Translations under genes and position numbers: made by a program
The notes under the pieces: generated by a model
Database searches by the model: none
Told to the model about the DNA's origin: nothing
What the model saw: only the letters and a program-made list of their open reading frames with translations
In this document: piece by piece, positions 8,363 to 16,836 of the stretch
Layout of the letters: every line of letters begins with the position of its first letter
Numbering within the stretch: position 1 is the stretch's first letter
From: Armatimonadota bacterium
Lineage (GTDB): Bacteria > Armatimonadota > Fimbriimonadia > Fimbriimonadales > Fimbriimonadaceae
DNA length: 20,000 nucleotides
Assembly (NCBI GenBank): GCA_031400935.1
Contig: JANNQV010000051.1
Span: 60,509 to 80,508, forward strand
Direction of reading: 5' to 3'

Positions 8363-9034
8363 TCATCCATTCAAGAAATTTGCAACTGCCCGGTCGAGCA
8401 TTTCTTCAGTCAATCGTCCTGTAAATGTGTTTTGCTGGCTTGGATGGTAGCAGGCGACGATCATAGTCTCACCTTTCAGCTTAAAAACGGCTTCATGTCC
8501 AAATTTCGGCCCGGGTTTTATGTCCAGAGCTGAAAAAAGGGCGTTCCATGCAAGGCTTCCGAGGCATAAGATGGACTTCCATTTTCTTGAACGCAGTATG
8601 GCATCCAAATAGGGCTCACAGTTCTTGAGCTCGCTGGGAAGCGGCTTGTTGCCGGGCGGAGCGCAGTGGCATATCGCTGTAATGGCGACCCCTTTGACGA
8701 TCAAGCCGTCTGCGATTGAGATTGATTCCGCCTGATTGGCAACTCCTGCCTTAAACAGAGCTCGGAAAAGCCAATCGCCCGAACGATCTCCTGTAAACAT
8801 TCTGCCAGTACGGTTTGCTCCATGCGCCGCAGGCGCAAGGCCGACAATGAGCCGATCCGCTGTTGGATCGCCGAAATGCGGTACTGCTTTGCCCCAATAG
8901 TCCCAATCCATGAACTGGCGGCGCTTGTCCTGGGCGATCGTCTCTCTCCGTTCGACCAGCCTCGCACAATTACGACATCCAATGATCGCATCGCATTCTT
9001 TGCTCCAATCAAATTTGCTTTCGTCCATACTCAT
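8363..9034 (-). CDS. udgB: Uracil-DNA glycosylase family 5 (UdgB, Fe-S type)
   Basis: GLAPAAHGANRTGRMFTGDRSG, HPSQQN, and CxxC plus further Cys for the Fe-S cluster; start may be 9034 or 9028. Confidence 0.9.
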   Translation of the reverse strand: MSMDESKFDWSKECDAIIGCRNCARLVERRETIAQDKRRQFMDWDYWGKAVPHFGDPTADRLIVGLAPAAHGANRTGRMFTGDRSGDWLFRALFKAGVANQAESISIADGLIVKGVAITAICHCAPPGNKPLPSELKNCEPYLDAILRSRKWKSILCLGSLAWNALFSALDIKPGPKFGHEAVFKLKGETMIVACYHPSQQNTFTGRLTEEMLDRAVANFLNG

Positions 9035-9039
9035 TGCAC

Positions 9040-9354
9040 ATGCCGATTTATGAGTATGAACCAGACGACCGTGATTGCCTGCTATGTGAGGGCCGAGTTG
9101 ACGTCATTCAGGCAATTGACGAAGAAGCATTGAATACTTGTCCTTGGTGTGGACTCTCAGTTGTGAGGGTGATTTCTCGCGCAAGCTTCAATATCAGGAA
9201 GTCTGTTGATCCCGTATCTGCGGCAAAAAAAGGCTTTTCAACGTTTCGGAAATTGGAAACGGGCAAATGGGAAAAGGTGGCTGGTCCCGATATTCCATCT
9301 GACCAGCCACCTCTCCCAAAGGGCGAACTGAACTTAAACGATTTCGAAGATTGA
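9040..9354 (+). CDS. FmdB-family zinc-ribbon protein
   Basis: MPIYEY start, CLLC...CPWCG...RVIS. Confidence 0.8.
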   Translation: MPIYEYEPDDRDCLLCEGRVDVIQAIDEEALNTCPWCGLSVVRVISRASFNIRKSVDPVSAAKKGFSTFRKLETGKWEKVAGPDIPSDQPPLPKGELNLNDFED

Positions 9355-9391
9355 CGTGACTTGGATGTCTCGCCCAAGAATTTTAAACGAA

Positions 9392-10090
9392 CTACTTTCG
9401 AGTGATAGCGATCTTTTGCTTGAAGACCATCGGCTTGGCTGCGCCGCCGTTCTGGCTTGGCATCGAAGCATTGATAGTTGTGTTGATATTGGCAGTTTGA
9501 AGTGAGCAATCGCTCATTCTCAAAAGGATGGTGCCCGTTCCGTTGATTTTGGCTTGTCCTCCTTTTGAACTCATCGTTACGCCAATATTAGCGCATTCCA
9601 TTCCGCCTACCATCTTGGTTCCCACCAATTTATAAGTTGAAGTAATGTTCATCCCAGGCGTTGGAACAATATTGGCAGACCACGACTGGCCGATCTTCAC
9701 TGGTTTTTCTGGAAGCTCGACATTTCCGAATTGTTGTCCCATTTGGCTAGATGCACCACTAACCATTTTCCCTCGACTGTTGACTCGCACGTTTGTGACT
9801 GAGGGTTTCCCGCCTCCAGGTACGCCAGCGCTTGGCGTTGCTGTATATTCGATGTCAGCGATATCTGCCGAGAATTTCTTTACCAAGGAAGACATGGCAA
9901 CGCTCATTCCAGGAGGAACCATATCACCGCTCATGGACATTTGATACTTCGTTGTTTCGCCCACCTTGAATTTCATCCGTAACAGGTACGAATCACCCGT
10001 TTTTTTTACTTGTGCGTATGCAGGTATTGAGGCGGAAGTGACGATCATCGCACCCAATAGGCAGGATGAAAAAAATCTAGTTGCATTCAT
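9392..10090 (-). CDS. Secreted hypothetical beta-rich protein
   Basis: Signal peptide ending AYA-Q; LRMKFKVGET.KY and LPEKPVKIGQSW segments. Confidence 0.75.
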   Translation of the reverse strand: MNATRFFSSCLLGAMIVTSASIPAYAQVKKTGDSYLLRMKFKVGETTKYQMSMSGDMVPPGMSVAMSSLVKKFSADIADIEYTATPSAGVPGGGKPSVTNVRVNSRGKMVSGASSQMGQQFGNVELPEKPVKIGQSWSANIVPTPGMNITSTYKLVGTKMVGGMECANIGVTMSSKGGQAKINGTGTILLRMSDCSLQTANINTTINASMPSQNGGAAKPMVFKQKIAITRK

Positions 10091-10102
10091 TGTAGCTTCT
10101 CT

Positions 10103-10127
10103 TACGTACAGACGGTAAAAATCGTTC
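10103..10127 (-). promoter_or_regulatory. Putative ECF sigma promoter (GAAC-N17-CGTA)
   Basis: Minus strand GAAC (10127-10124), 17 nt spacer, CGTA (10106-10103), 12 nt before the ATG at 10090. Confidence 0.5.
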
Positions 10128-10179
10128 TAAGGCTCAACCTTTTGGGGACTTTTGGGACTAAGTCCTACCCGCTTCAATC

Positions 10180-10995
10180 CTAATGAACTTTCCGCAATGT
10201 TAACTCAATCAAGACCAAACTGTTTGGCGGAATCGCTGTATTAGAGCTGTTTCCAAATCCGATAACGGGTGGAATTCTCATATATCGGACGCCGCCCTCT
10301 TTCATTCCGACAGTTGCAGACGAGAGTCCGCTTGGCACCATCCGGTCTCCTTCTACGAGCTTCGGCCCAATTCGAAATGTGACGGGTTTTTTCACATCAA
10401 CGCGTAAATCTGCAACTTTTCCATTCGCTAGTGTCAACTTGTAGTTCACATCAACAAGGCTTCCGATCTTCGCTACTGCACCAGTTCCAATTTTAATGTC
10501 CTTCTTGTCGAACACAGATTCTTCGCCTTTCTTAACAATTTCAAGAAGTTTGATCGTGAAATAGAGATCTGCTCCTGGCAGTACCTTTTCTCCTTGTCCA
10601 CGCTCACCATAGGCGAGGTTGGTTGGAATCTCAAGCTTGCGGGTGCCACCAACCTTCATTCCAGTTATTCCGATTTCCCAACCTAAAATGACTAGGTGTC
10701 CGCCAATTGTAAATGAAAGCGGTGAACCGCCTTCGATATCGTTGCTGTCAAATTGGGTTCCGTCCTTTAGAGTCCCTGTGTACGTAACGAAAACTAAATC
10801 GCCTTCCCCAGCAACTTGGCCTTTTCCAACTTCGACATCCAATTTTTTCAATGCCTTCAGTTGACGGAGGTTCAACGAAGCATCCACTTTCTTTGTAGTG
10901 GAAGATTCATTTACGGCGGGCTTCGATTCTTTGTTGCAACCAACGATTGCGAAAGTTGCCAACAGAGCAACCAGAAAAACATTTGCACGATTCAT
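10180..10995 (-). CDS. Lipoprotein with two tandem FKBP-type peptidyl-prolyl isomerase domains
   Basis: ATG 10995 gives MNRANVFLVALLATFAIVG-C (lipobox). Domain 1 has YTGTLKDGTQFDS..VILGWEIG..GMKVGG.RKL.IP..LAYG; domain 2 has GMKEGGVRYMRIPP..GFG. Confidence 0.88.
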   Translation of the reverse strand: MNRANVFLVALLATFAIVGCNKESKPAVNESSTTKKVDASLNLRQLKALKKLDVEVGKGQVAGEGDLVFVTYTGTLKDGTQFDSNDIEGGSPLSFTIGGHLVILGWEIGITGMKVGGTRKLEIPTNLAYGERGQGEKVLPGADLYFTIKLLEIVKKGEESVFDKKDIKIGTGAVAKIGSLVDVNYKLTLANGKVADLRVDVKKPVTFRIGPKLVEGDRMVPSGLSSATVGMKEGGVRYMRIPPVIGFGNSSNTAIPPNSLVLIELTLRKVH

Positions 10996-11065
10996 CTGCT
11001 TCAAAATGTACCCTAGGCAGTACCTACGATGGCTAAGGTGGCTTTCGGTACAATTCCGTGTCTTC

Positions 11066-11548
11066 ATGTCCAAGTCAAAAAACAAAGACGTCCCAAAAGT
11101 TCCCAAGACCATTGAGAACCGGAAGGCGAGGTTCGAATATGAGCTCATTGAAACACATGAGGCTGGCATCATGTTGGTTGGATGCGAGGTCAAAAGCGTC
11201 TTCCTTGGCAGGGTTAATCTGGTAGATGCTTACGTAAAAGTCACAAAGAACGAACTGTGGCTTCACGAACTTGACATCGAACCATACGAAAATGCGGGTA
11301 ACTATCGGCCCGAACGTCGGCGAGATCGCAAATTGCTTATGCATCGTCGGGAAATTGACCAACTTGCGCGCAAGAGCCAGGAAAAGGGACTTTCAATCGT
11401 TCCCACCAAGCTATATTTCAAGAATGGAAAGGTAAAGGTGTCTGTTTGTCTAGCGCGAGGAAAGCGCGAGTACGACAAGCGCGAACAGCTCAAAAAGGAT
11501 GATACACGAAAAGAAATTGAGAGAGCGCGAAATATTCGTAGGGTTTAA
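11066..11548 (+). CDS. smpB: SsrA-binding protein SmpB
   Basis: NRKARFEY, EAGIML.G.EVKS, RKLLMHRREI, LARGKREYDKR; start moved to ATG 11066. Confidence 0.97.
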   Translation: MSKSKNKDVPKVPKTIENRKARFEYELIETHEAGIMLVGCEVKSVFLGRVNLVDAYVKVTKNELWLHELDIEPYENAGNYRPERRRDRKLLMHRREIDQLARKSQEKGLSIVPTKLYFKNGKVKVSVCLARGKREYDKREQLKKDDTRKEIERARNIRRV

Positions 11549-11550
11549 CC

Positions 11551-11578
11551 TCAATATTCATGAGTTGCTTGCCGAAAA
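11551..11578 (+). promoter_or_regulatory. Putative sigma28 (FliA/SigD) promoter TCAA-N16-GCCGAAAA
   Basis: TCAA at 11551-11554 and GCCGAAAA at 11571-11578, upstream of the PilZ gene. Confidence 0.5.
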
Positions 11579-11601
11579 TTCCTAAAGTAGGGGAAAAAGC
11601 T

Positions 11602-12210
11602 ATGACAACCTCAGATGTTTTGAGTATTGGTACTCCGGTTTCGCTGATCGGAATTCGAAATGGAGAACCTCGCACCGCGATAGGCACTGTGTGCTCCGAA
11701 GTGCCGCTTATCGTAGAAATCTCCGTTGCAAATACGGATTGGGCTTCAAAAGGCGAGAGCCTAAAAGTGTTGTTCCAGAATGCAGGCAACTTTGAAACTG
11801 TAGATTCAAACATTCTATCGGTAACAAAGTTTTCCGGCAAAGTTCGAATCGAACTCGAACATGTATCTTGGGAAAAGTCTAACCGACGGAACTACGAACG
11901 CATAATCGCAAAAGTTTTGACGAAGTGTCGCTTTGTGGCTGAAGATTCAGAAGGTATCAGCATTAAGGAATTCACCGTAACGACAAACGATATTTCTTTA
12001 GGTGGGGCGTGGGTTCAAGCAGATGCAGATATCTGCAAAGGCACAATCTTCAATTGCGAATTGTCTGTCGGTCCTGAGTCAACAGTCAAAGTTCTTGCAG
12101 TTGTCGCATGGGTTGATCCAAATGGAAAAGGATTTGGTGTCGAATTTCTCGACTTTCTTGGCGGTTCACACTCCGTCCTACAAAGCTTTATTTCAAAGCT
12201 GGCAGCGTAG
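11602..12210 (+). CDS. PilZ-domain c-di-GMP receptor (YcgR-like two-domain layout)
   Basis: RRNYER (RxxxR) and DISLGG (DxSxxG) motifs, GFGVEF; GGGG SD before ATG 11602. Confidence 0.82.
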   Translation: MTTSDVLSIGTPVSLIGIRNGEPRTAIGTVCSEVPLIVEISVANTDWASKGESLKVLFQNAGNFETVDSNILSVTKFSGKVRIELEHVSWEKSNRRNYERIIAKVLTKCRFVAEDSEGISIKEFTVTTNDISLGGAWVQADADICKGTIFNCELSVGPESTVKVLAVVAWVDPNGKGFGVEFLDFLGGSHSVLQSFISKLAA

Positions 12211-13033
12211 CGAGCCAAGTTCCCGCAAAAATGGTTTCAGCGGGGCCGGTCATGATTGCATGACCGGCCTCGTTAATTTCAATTTGAAGCTGGCCTCCAG
12301 GAAGCTCAACGGTTGCAATACGATCCGAACGTCCAGTCTTCCAGCCAGCGGCTGTAACGGCGCAAGCGCCTGTTCCGCATGCCAAAGTTAGCCCTGCTCC
12401 GCGTTCCCAAGTACGCTGAATGATCCTGTCCCTTGCGACAATCTGTGCGAGATGCACATTTATACGGTTGGGAAACAAAGTGTGATTTTCGACCATTGGG
12501 CCAAAATCGGAAAGATTTACGCTTGAAACGTCTGCCACAAAAAACACAATATGTGGGTTTCCAACAGAAACCGCAGTTCCAACCCATTCCGTTTCGTCAA
12601 CTTTAAGCGGTGAATCAATGAATGGTCCTGAACGCTCCTCGAATCCAACCTGATTGGGATCGAAGGAAATTGGTCCCAAATCCACTAGAACTTGCCTATC
12701 CTCCAAAACAGTCAATTGAAGAATTCCTGCACCTGTGTCGCATGGAAAGGTCGTTTCATCGGAATATCCTTGATCCCGAATGACTTGTGCGATACACCGA
12801 ATTCCATTCCCGCACATCTCACTCAGAGTTCCGTCAGGATTGAACATCACCATCTGAAATGCCGACTTCGTGCTTTCACACAGAATCAATAGTCCATCGG
12901 CACCGACTCCAAATTTTCGATTGCAAACCTGTTTTGCAAACTTGGGGAGATCAATCCGAGACAAGTCATTTGCGATTCCGTCAATCAGGACAAAATCATT
13001 GCCTATGCCCTGAACCTTAAAGAACGGAATCAA
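12188..13033 (-). CDS. dapF: Diaminopimelate epimerase
   Basis: [41 protein letters not shown]. Confidence 0.97.
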   Translation of the reverse strand: MIPFFKVQGIGNDFVLIDGIANDLSRIDLPKFAKQVCNRKFGVGADGLLILCESTKSAFQMVMFNPDGTLSEMCGNGIRCIAQVIRDQGYSDETTFPCDTGAGILQLTVLEDRQVLVDLGPISFDPNQVGFEERSGPFIDSPLKVDETEWVGTAVSVGNPHIVFFVADVSSVNLSDFGPMVENHTLFPNRINVHLAQIVARDRIIQRTWERGAGLTLACGTGACAVTAAGWKTGRSDRIATVELPGGQLQIEINEAGHAIMTGPAETIFAGTWLATLPALK

Positions 13034-13290
13034 TCGTCATCACTATGCGAATCGCCTTCTCCATTTGTGCGATATGAGCTGATTTCATTTACCGGGACGA
13101 TGCTGGCAACTGCATGTTTGTAAACGAGCTGAGTTGGCTTGCCGGGAGAATCCAGCAGTACTGTAAAAGCATCAAATCCGCGCACATGTCCTCGCAATTG
13201 CACGCTGTTTGTCAAATAAATTGTTACCGCAATTCCTTCCTTGCGAACCTGATTCAGGAACATGTCCTGAAGGTTGATTGATTTTCCCAT
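13030..13290 (-). CDS. hfq: RNA chaperone Hfq
   Basis: [26 protein letters not shown]; located directly after miaA. Confidence 0.95.
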   Translation of the reverse strand: MGKSINLQDMFLNQVRKEGIAVTIYLTNSVQLRGHVRGFDAFTVLLDSPGKPTQLVYKHAVASIVPVNEISSYRTNGEGDSHSDDD

Positions 13291-13293
13291 TCG

Positions 13294-14172
13294 TCAGACT
13301 CCTCCATTAGCAGAAAGCCACAATCGCATTGCCGACAAGAATTCGTCTGGCGTTTCGGCCTCCAAAATATTCACGTTTGGTTCCGACCGAATCCAAGTCC
13401 GTTGCCGTTTGGCATACCGCCTCGTTTCCGTTTCGATGCTAGAAAGAGCCTCTTCCCCGACGATCTCGCCTTCTAGCAAGCGAAGAATAGTGCGGTAACC
13501 GATGGCTCGAAACGCCGGAGCTTCTTTGGGAACCCCTTGTTCGATCAGCCGCCTTACTTCTTCGACAAACCCTTCATCCATCATTGCACGAAGTCGCAAT
13601 CCAATGCTACGGTCTGTAGCCGCGACTGTAGGCAAAAGTGCAAATTTCAGCTTTCGATACGGTGGGAGAGCGAACTGAAACTCGTTTGTACTTCGCAATC
13701 TCTCCAGAGCACGGGTCACGCGAACAGGATTTGCAAGATCAACAGTTGTTGATGGGTCAAGCTTTATCAACTCATCAGTAAGGCTCGTTAGGCCTTTGTC
13801 AGCAAGCTGAGCCTGAAGTTCTGCCCGAAGCGCAGGGTCAGGCTCGCAGGACATATCTGAAAACTCTTCGAAAAGTGCGCGAACATATAACCCCGTACCA
13901 CCAACAATTATCGCGTTTTGCCGATTATTGAAGCAAGATTCAAGGTGAGGAAGCACAAATCGAATCCACTGCCCGACTCCAAATTGCTCGTCGGGATTTA
14001 GCAGATCTATACCCAAATATCGTCCGGACTCCTTTGGCTTCGACGTGCCAATATCGAATCCTAGATAAACCTGAAAAGCATCCGCATTGATAAGTTGTGC
14101 TGACAACTCAGCGGCAAGTGATTCAGCGACGAATGACTTGCCCGAAGCAGTCGGGCCGAGAATTCCGATCAA
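13294..14172 (-). CDS. miaA: tRNA dimethylallyltransferase
   Basis: GPTASGKS, DAFQVY.GFDIGTSKP, VGGTGLY, AIGY, TRRYAKRQRTW. Confidence 0.96.
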   Translation of the reverse strand: MIGILGPTASGKSFVAESLAAELSAQLINADAFQVYLGFDIGTSKPKESGRYLGIDLLNPDEQFGVGQWIRFVLPHLESCFNNRQNAIIVGGTGLYVRALFEEFSDMSCEPDPALRAELQAQLADKGLTSLTDELIKLDPSTTVDLANPVRVTRALERLRSTNEFQFALPPYRKLKFALLPTVAATDRSIGLRLRAMMDEGFVEEVRRLIEQGVPKEAPAFRAIGYRTILRLLEGEIVGEEALSSIETETRRYAKRQRTWIRSEPNVNILEAETPDEFLSAMRLWLSANGGV

Positions 14173-14188
14173 AAGTGGAGGTGAAGTA

Positions 14189-14575
14189 CTAATCGGCCTT
14201 TTTCACGCCGAATTTCTTGTCCTTGACTTCAGAAACATCTATTTCATTTTTGAAGGTCAATTCGCCAACTTGCTTTGACTTGCGAAAAATGCCACGGACT
14301 TCAACTTTGTCGCCAACTTTCAGAGGCGGCTTTTGCTCGCCGTGGCTAAAGCCATTGATCGTTTTATCGTCTTCCTTGACCTTGAACACAAAGTACAGAT
14401 TGCCTTTCTTGGATGTCTTTTGCTCGAATTCGGAAATCTTTCCAGTTAGAAAAACAGGCTTGCCATCATTGGCATCTGCCTTTAATAAAAGCGTTTTGAC
14501 AGTTAGCGCCTCTTCGGCAGCAATAGCCAAAAAGGCTAACGAGGCAAACAAAGAAAAAGTTAGAAATTTTTTCAT
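14189..14575 (-). CDS. Secreted small OB-fold-like protein
   Basis: Signal peptide MKKFLTFSLFASLAFLAIA; V.LTG.I...KGNLYFVFKV....LKVGDKVEVRG pattern typical of OB folds. Confidence 0.65.
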   Translation of the reverse strand: MKKFLTFSLFASLAFLAIAAEEALTVKTLLLKADANDGKPVFLTGKISEFEQKTSKKGNLYFVFKVKEDDKTINGFSHGEQKPPLKVGDKVEVRGIFRKSKQVGELTFKNEIDVSEVKDKKFGVKKAD

Positions 14576-14576
14576 G

Positions 14577-15098
14577 TCAATAGGTTATCAGAGATTTGAT
14601 CGGATATCCAAGTAAATTTTCTCGGCCATTCAAAAAAGACAGCTCAACCATAAACCCAAACCCGCAAACTGAGCCGTTTAGCCGTTCAATCAACCGCGCT
14701 GCCGCTGCGGCAGTGCCTCCTGTTGCAAGCAGGTCGTCAATGACATAAGCTCGTTGCCCGGGGTCTATCGAATCCGTGTGCATCTCAACGGTATTGGTGC
14801 CGTATTCCAGAGCATATTCTTCGGTGATTCGGTCGTAAGGGAGCTTTCCAAGTTTTCGTGCCATCGCAAACGGCAATCCCAATTGCAGCGCTACGGGAAC
14901 GCCAAAGACGAACCCCCGGCTCTCGATTCCTACAATTACTTCAGCACCCAATTCCTTTGCATCCGCACAAAGGAGGTCAATAACTTCCGCCATTGCCGCA
15001 GGTTGTTGAAGTACGGGAGCGATGTCTTTGAAAAGGATTCCCTCTTTAGGAAAGTCGGGAACATCACGGATATAGGATTGTGCGAGCAACTCGGCCAT
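14577..15098 (-). CDS. apt: Adenine phosphoribosyltransferase
   Basis: IRDVPDFPKEGILFKDI, ARKLGKLP, YALEYG, VIDDLLATGGT; start moved to ATG 15098. Confidence 0.96.
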   Translation of the reverse strand: MAELLAQSYIRDVPDFPKEGILFKDIAPVLQQPAAMAEVIDLLCADAKELGAEVIVGIESRGFVFGVPVALQLGLPFAMARKLGKLPYDRITEEYALEYGTNTVEMHTDSIDPGQRAYVIDDLLATGGTAAAAARLIERLNGSVCGFGFMVELSFLNGRENLLGYPIKSLITY

Positions 15099-15184
15099 GC
15101 CGCGCAAAAGGATACCAGGCAAATTGGATGGATTGTATGGGTTGGTGGACAGTTGTAGGTTGGATTGAGTCGAACAAACCCTAG

Positions 15185-16066
15185 CTAGACTTTTGCAAGT
15201 TCATTTGCCCCAAGCTCGACTAGTTGGTCGAACGATTCGCAACCCGAATCAACTTTGATTGAACGCGATGCCTTAAGACCCATTCGTGCCAGCTTCTCCA
15301 TATTGCCGCCTGCCGAAAGGTGAGGAAAGTCAATTCTATCGCTCAATGCGGCAACCAAGCGATCTCGAACCTGGTTGTTGACTCCTCGGAAACTGCTGTC
15401 AGGCTTGAACGGTGAAATTGCCAAATCAGTTTTTGCATCGAATTGGTAACGCCACAGCCTCGCCGCCCGAAACGGCTCGTTGGAGAGGTCTTCGCCCAGT
15501 ACTTGAAACATCCCTCGGTCAAAACAGAGAATTCTTGGCGAACCCCATCGAAGCGGAACAATCGCGGAGCGTTGATACTCTGGTCGGTCATGCCCAGTCA
15601 CCAGCACTTCAGATTGAAAAACTCCTTCTTCGGTCAGTTTTTCGATATGGTCGAGTGCTTTTGGAGGCGCATTCCGAGAACTCAAAATCGAAAACGTTTT
15701 TGCGTTTAGCAATCTGAGGTTTCCATAACAAAACAGAGCTGTAGGCGGCTGGGGATCGAATTGCTCGAGTCGAACTGGATAATCCGCGTCTGCGGCAGTA
15801 ATCAGCCGTACTCCAAGCTCGGTTAAACGGCGTTCTATCCCTGTAACTTCTTCATTCCAAGAATCTTTGCGAGAAGCAACTGACTCCGCTTGCTTGACTG
15901 ACAGTCCAAACGATTCTCGAAGTTCTTCGCGGGAGAGCCTAACGAATTCCTCAGGTGCAATTCCGAGAAGGTCAGACCTCGAAAGCACTCGAATGAGCGA
16001 CTTGCCGCCAATACCCGGCGTCAGGGCAAGAAGTGTGGCAAGACGGCGGTTAGATAGGGCAGCCAT
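15185..16066 (-). CDS. DprA/Smf-like (SLOG superfamily) protein, divergent
   Basis: N-terminal L..TPGIG.K, D.DYP.RL....PP..LF.YGN, N.VRDRLVAALSD; start ATG 16066 just after the mtnP stop. Confidence 0.72.
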   Translation of the reverse strand: MAALSNRRLATLLALTPGIGGKSLIRVLSRSDLLGIAPEEFVRLSREELRESFGLSVKQAESVASRKDSWNEEVTGIERRLTELGVRLITAADADYPVRLEQFDPQPPTALFCYGNLRLLNAKTFSILSSRNAPPKALDHIEKLTEEGVFQSEVLVTGHDRPEYQRSAIVPLRWGSPRILCFDRGMFQVLGEDLSNEPFRAARLWRYQFDAKTDLAISPFKPDSSFRGVNNQVRDRLVAALSDRIDFPHLSAGGNMEKLARMGLKASRSIKVDSGCESFDQLVELGANELAKV

Positions 16067-16068
16067 GC

Positions 16069-16791
16069 TTACACCTTTTGCGCCGCTTTCAGCAGAAGCT
16101 GAACAGCACATTCTCCTGAAATTTTCATTTGAGCAACCACGTCTTCGTGAGAAAGTGGGATTTGCGAGATTCCTGCGGCAAGATTTGTCACGATGGCTAG
16201 GCAAGCATAGGGAACTCCTATTTCGCGCATCGCAATTGCTTCGCTTCCGGCAGTCATTCCGACAATGTCTCCAACAGCTCGAAGGACTTGGACTTCATGT
16301 GCAGTTTCATATCGTGGGCCGTTTAGGTTCAGATATATTCCCTTAGTCTGAAGCTCCAAACCAAGCTCTTGGGCTGAATTCTGAAGTGCTTTTCTCGGAC
16401 CATTTCCAAAGGCTTCGGAAAAATCAATATGTTCCACAGTATTGTCAAATCGCGTGAGATTTCGGCTTGAAAAGTCAACAAAATCAGAACAGTTGACTAA
16501 AGTCCCCGCCGGCCAATCTTCGCGCAAACTTCCGACTGCCGCAGTCGAAAAACAGGCTCGAACATCCAGTCTTTTGCAAGCCCAGGAAAGCCCTAAATAT
16601 GGCACTTTGTGGGGTGGAACTTTATGACCAGCACTATGCCTTGAAAACACGACGATTGAAGTGCTTTCGACTTGAATGATTCGACCGCGGATCGTTCCAT
16701 AAGGAGTCGGAACATGGATCGGGCGACCCGGAATAGCAAGGAGACGATCCCCAATCCCTGTTCCACCAATCAACGCAGCATCAACACGCAT
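16069..16791 (-). CDS. mtnP: Methylthioadenosine/methylthioinosine phosphorylase (MTAP-family purine nucleoside phosphorylase)
   Basis: IGGTG, TPYG, RH...H..PPH, AVGSL, GPRYET.AE-like, VGMT..SEA..RE, VTN.AAG. Confidence 0.88.
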   Translation of the reverse strand: MRVDAALIGGTGIGDRLLAIPGRPIHVPTPYGTIRGRIIQVESTSIVVFSRHSAGHKVPPHKVPYLGLSWACKRLDVRACFSTAAVGSLREDWPAGTLVNCSDFVDFSSRNLTRFDNTVEHIDFSEAFGNGPRKALQNSAQELGLELQTKGIYLNLNGPRYETAHEVQVLRAVGDIVGMTAGSEAIAMREIGVPYACLAIVTNLAAGISQIPLSHEDVVAQMKISGECAVQLLLKAAQKV

Positions 16792-16836
16792 TTGGCTTCA
16801 AGTATAGCTCCCAGCAAATGAGTTACACTTTTTCAA

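Noticed and set aside
10140..10165. Short tandem TTTTGGG(G)AC duplication
   Set aside because: Only two short copies with no further support.
10898..11193. Apparent long overlap between the smpB and FKBP ORFs
   Set aside because: An artefact of longest-ORF starts; the true starts at 10995 (-) and 11066 (+) leave a 70-bp divergent gap.
14173..14193. ATT non-canonical start for miaA overlapping the upstream stop
   Set aside because: Possible, but TTG 14172 already includes the P-loop strand, so the two cannot be distinguished from sequence alone.
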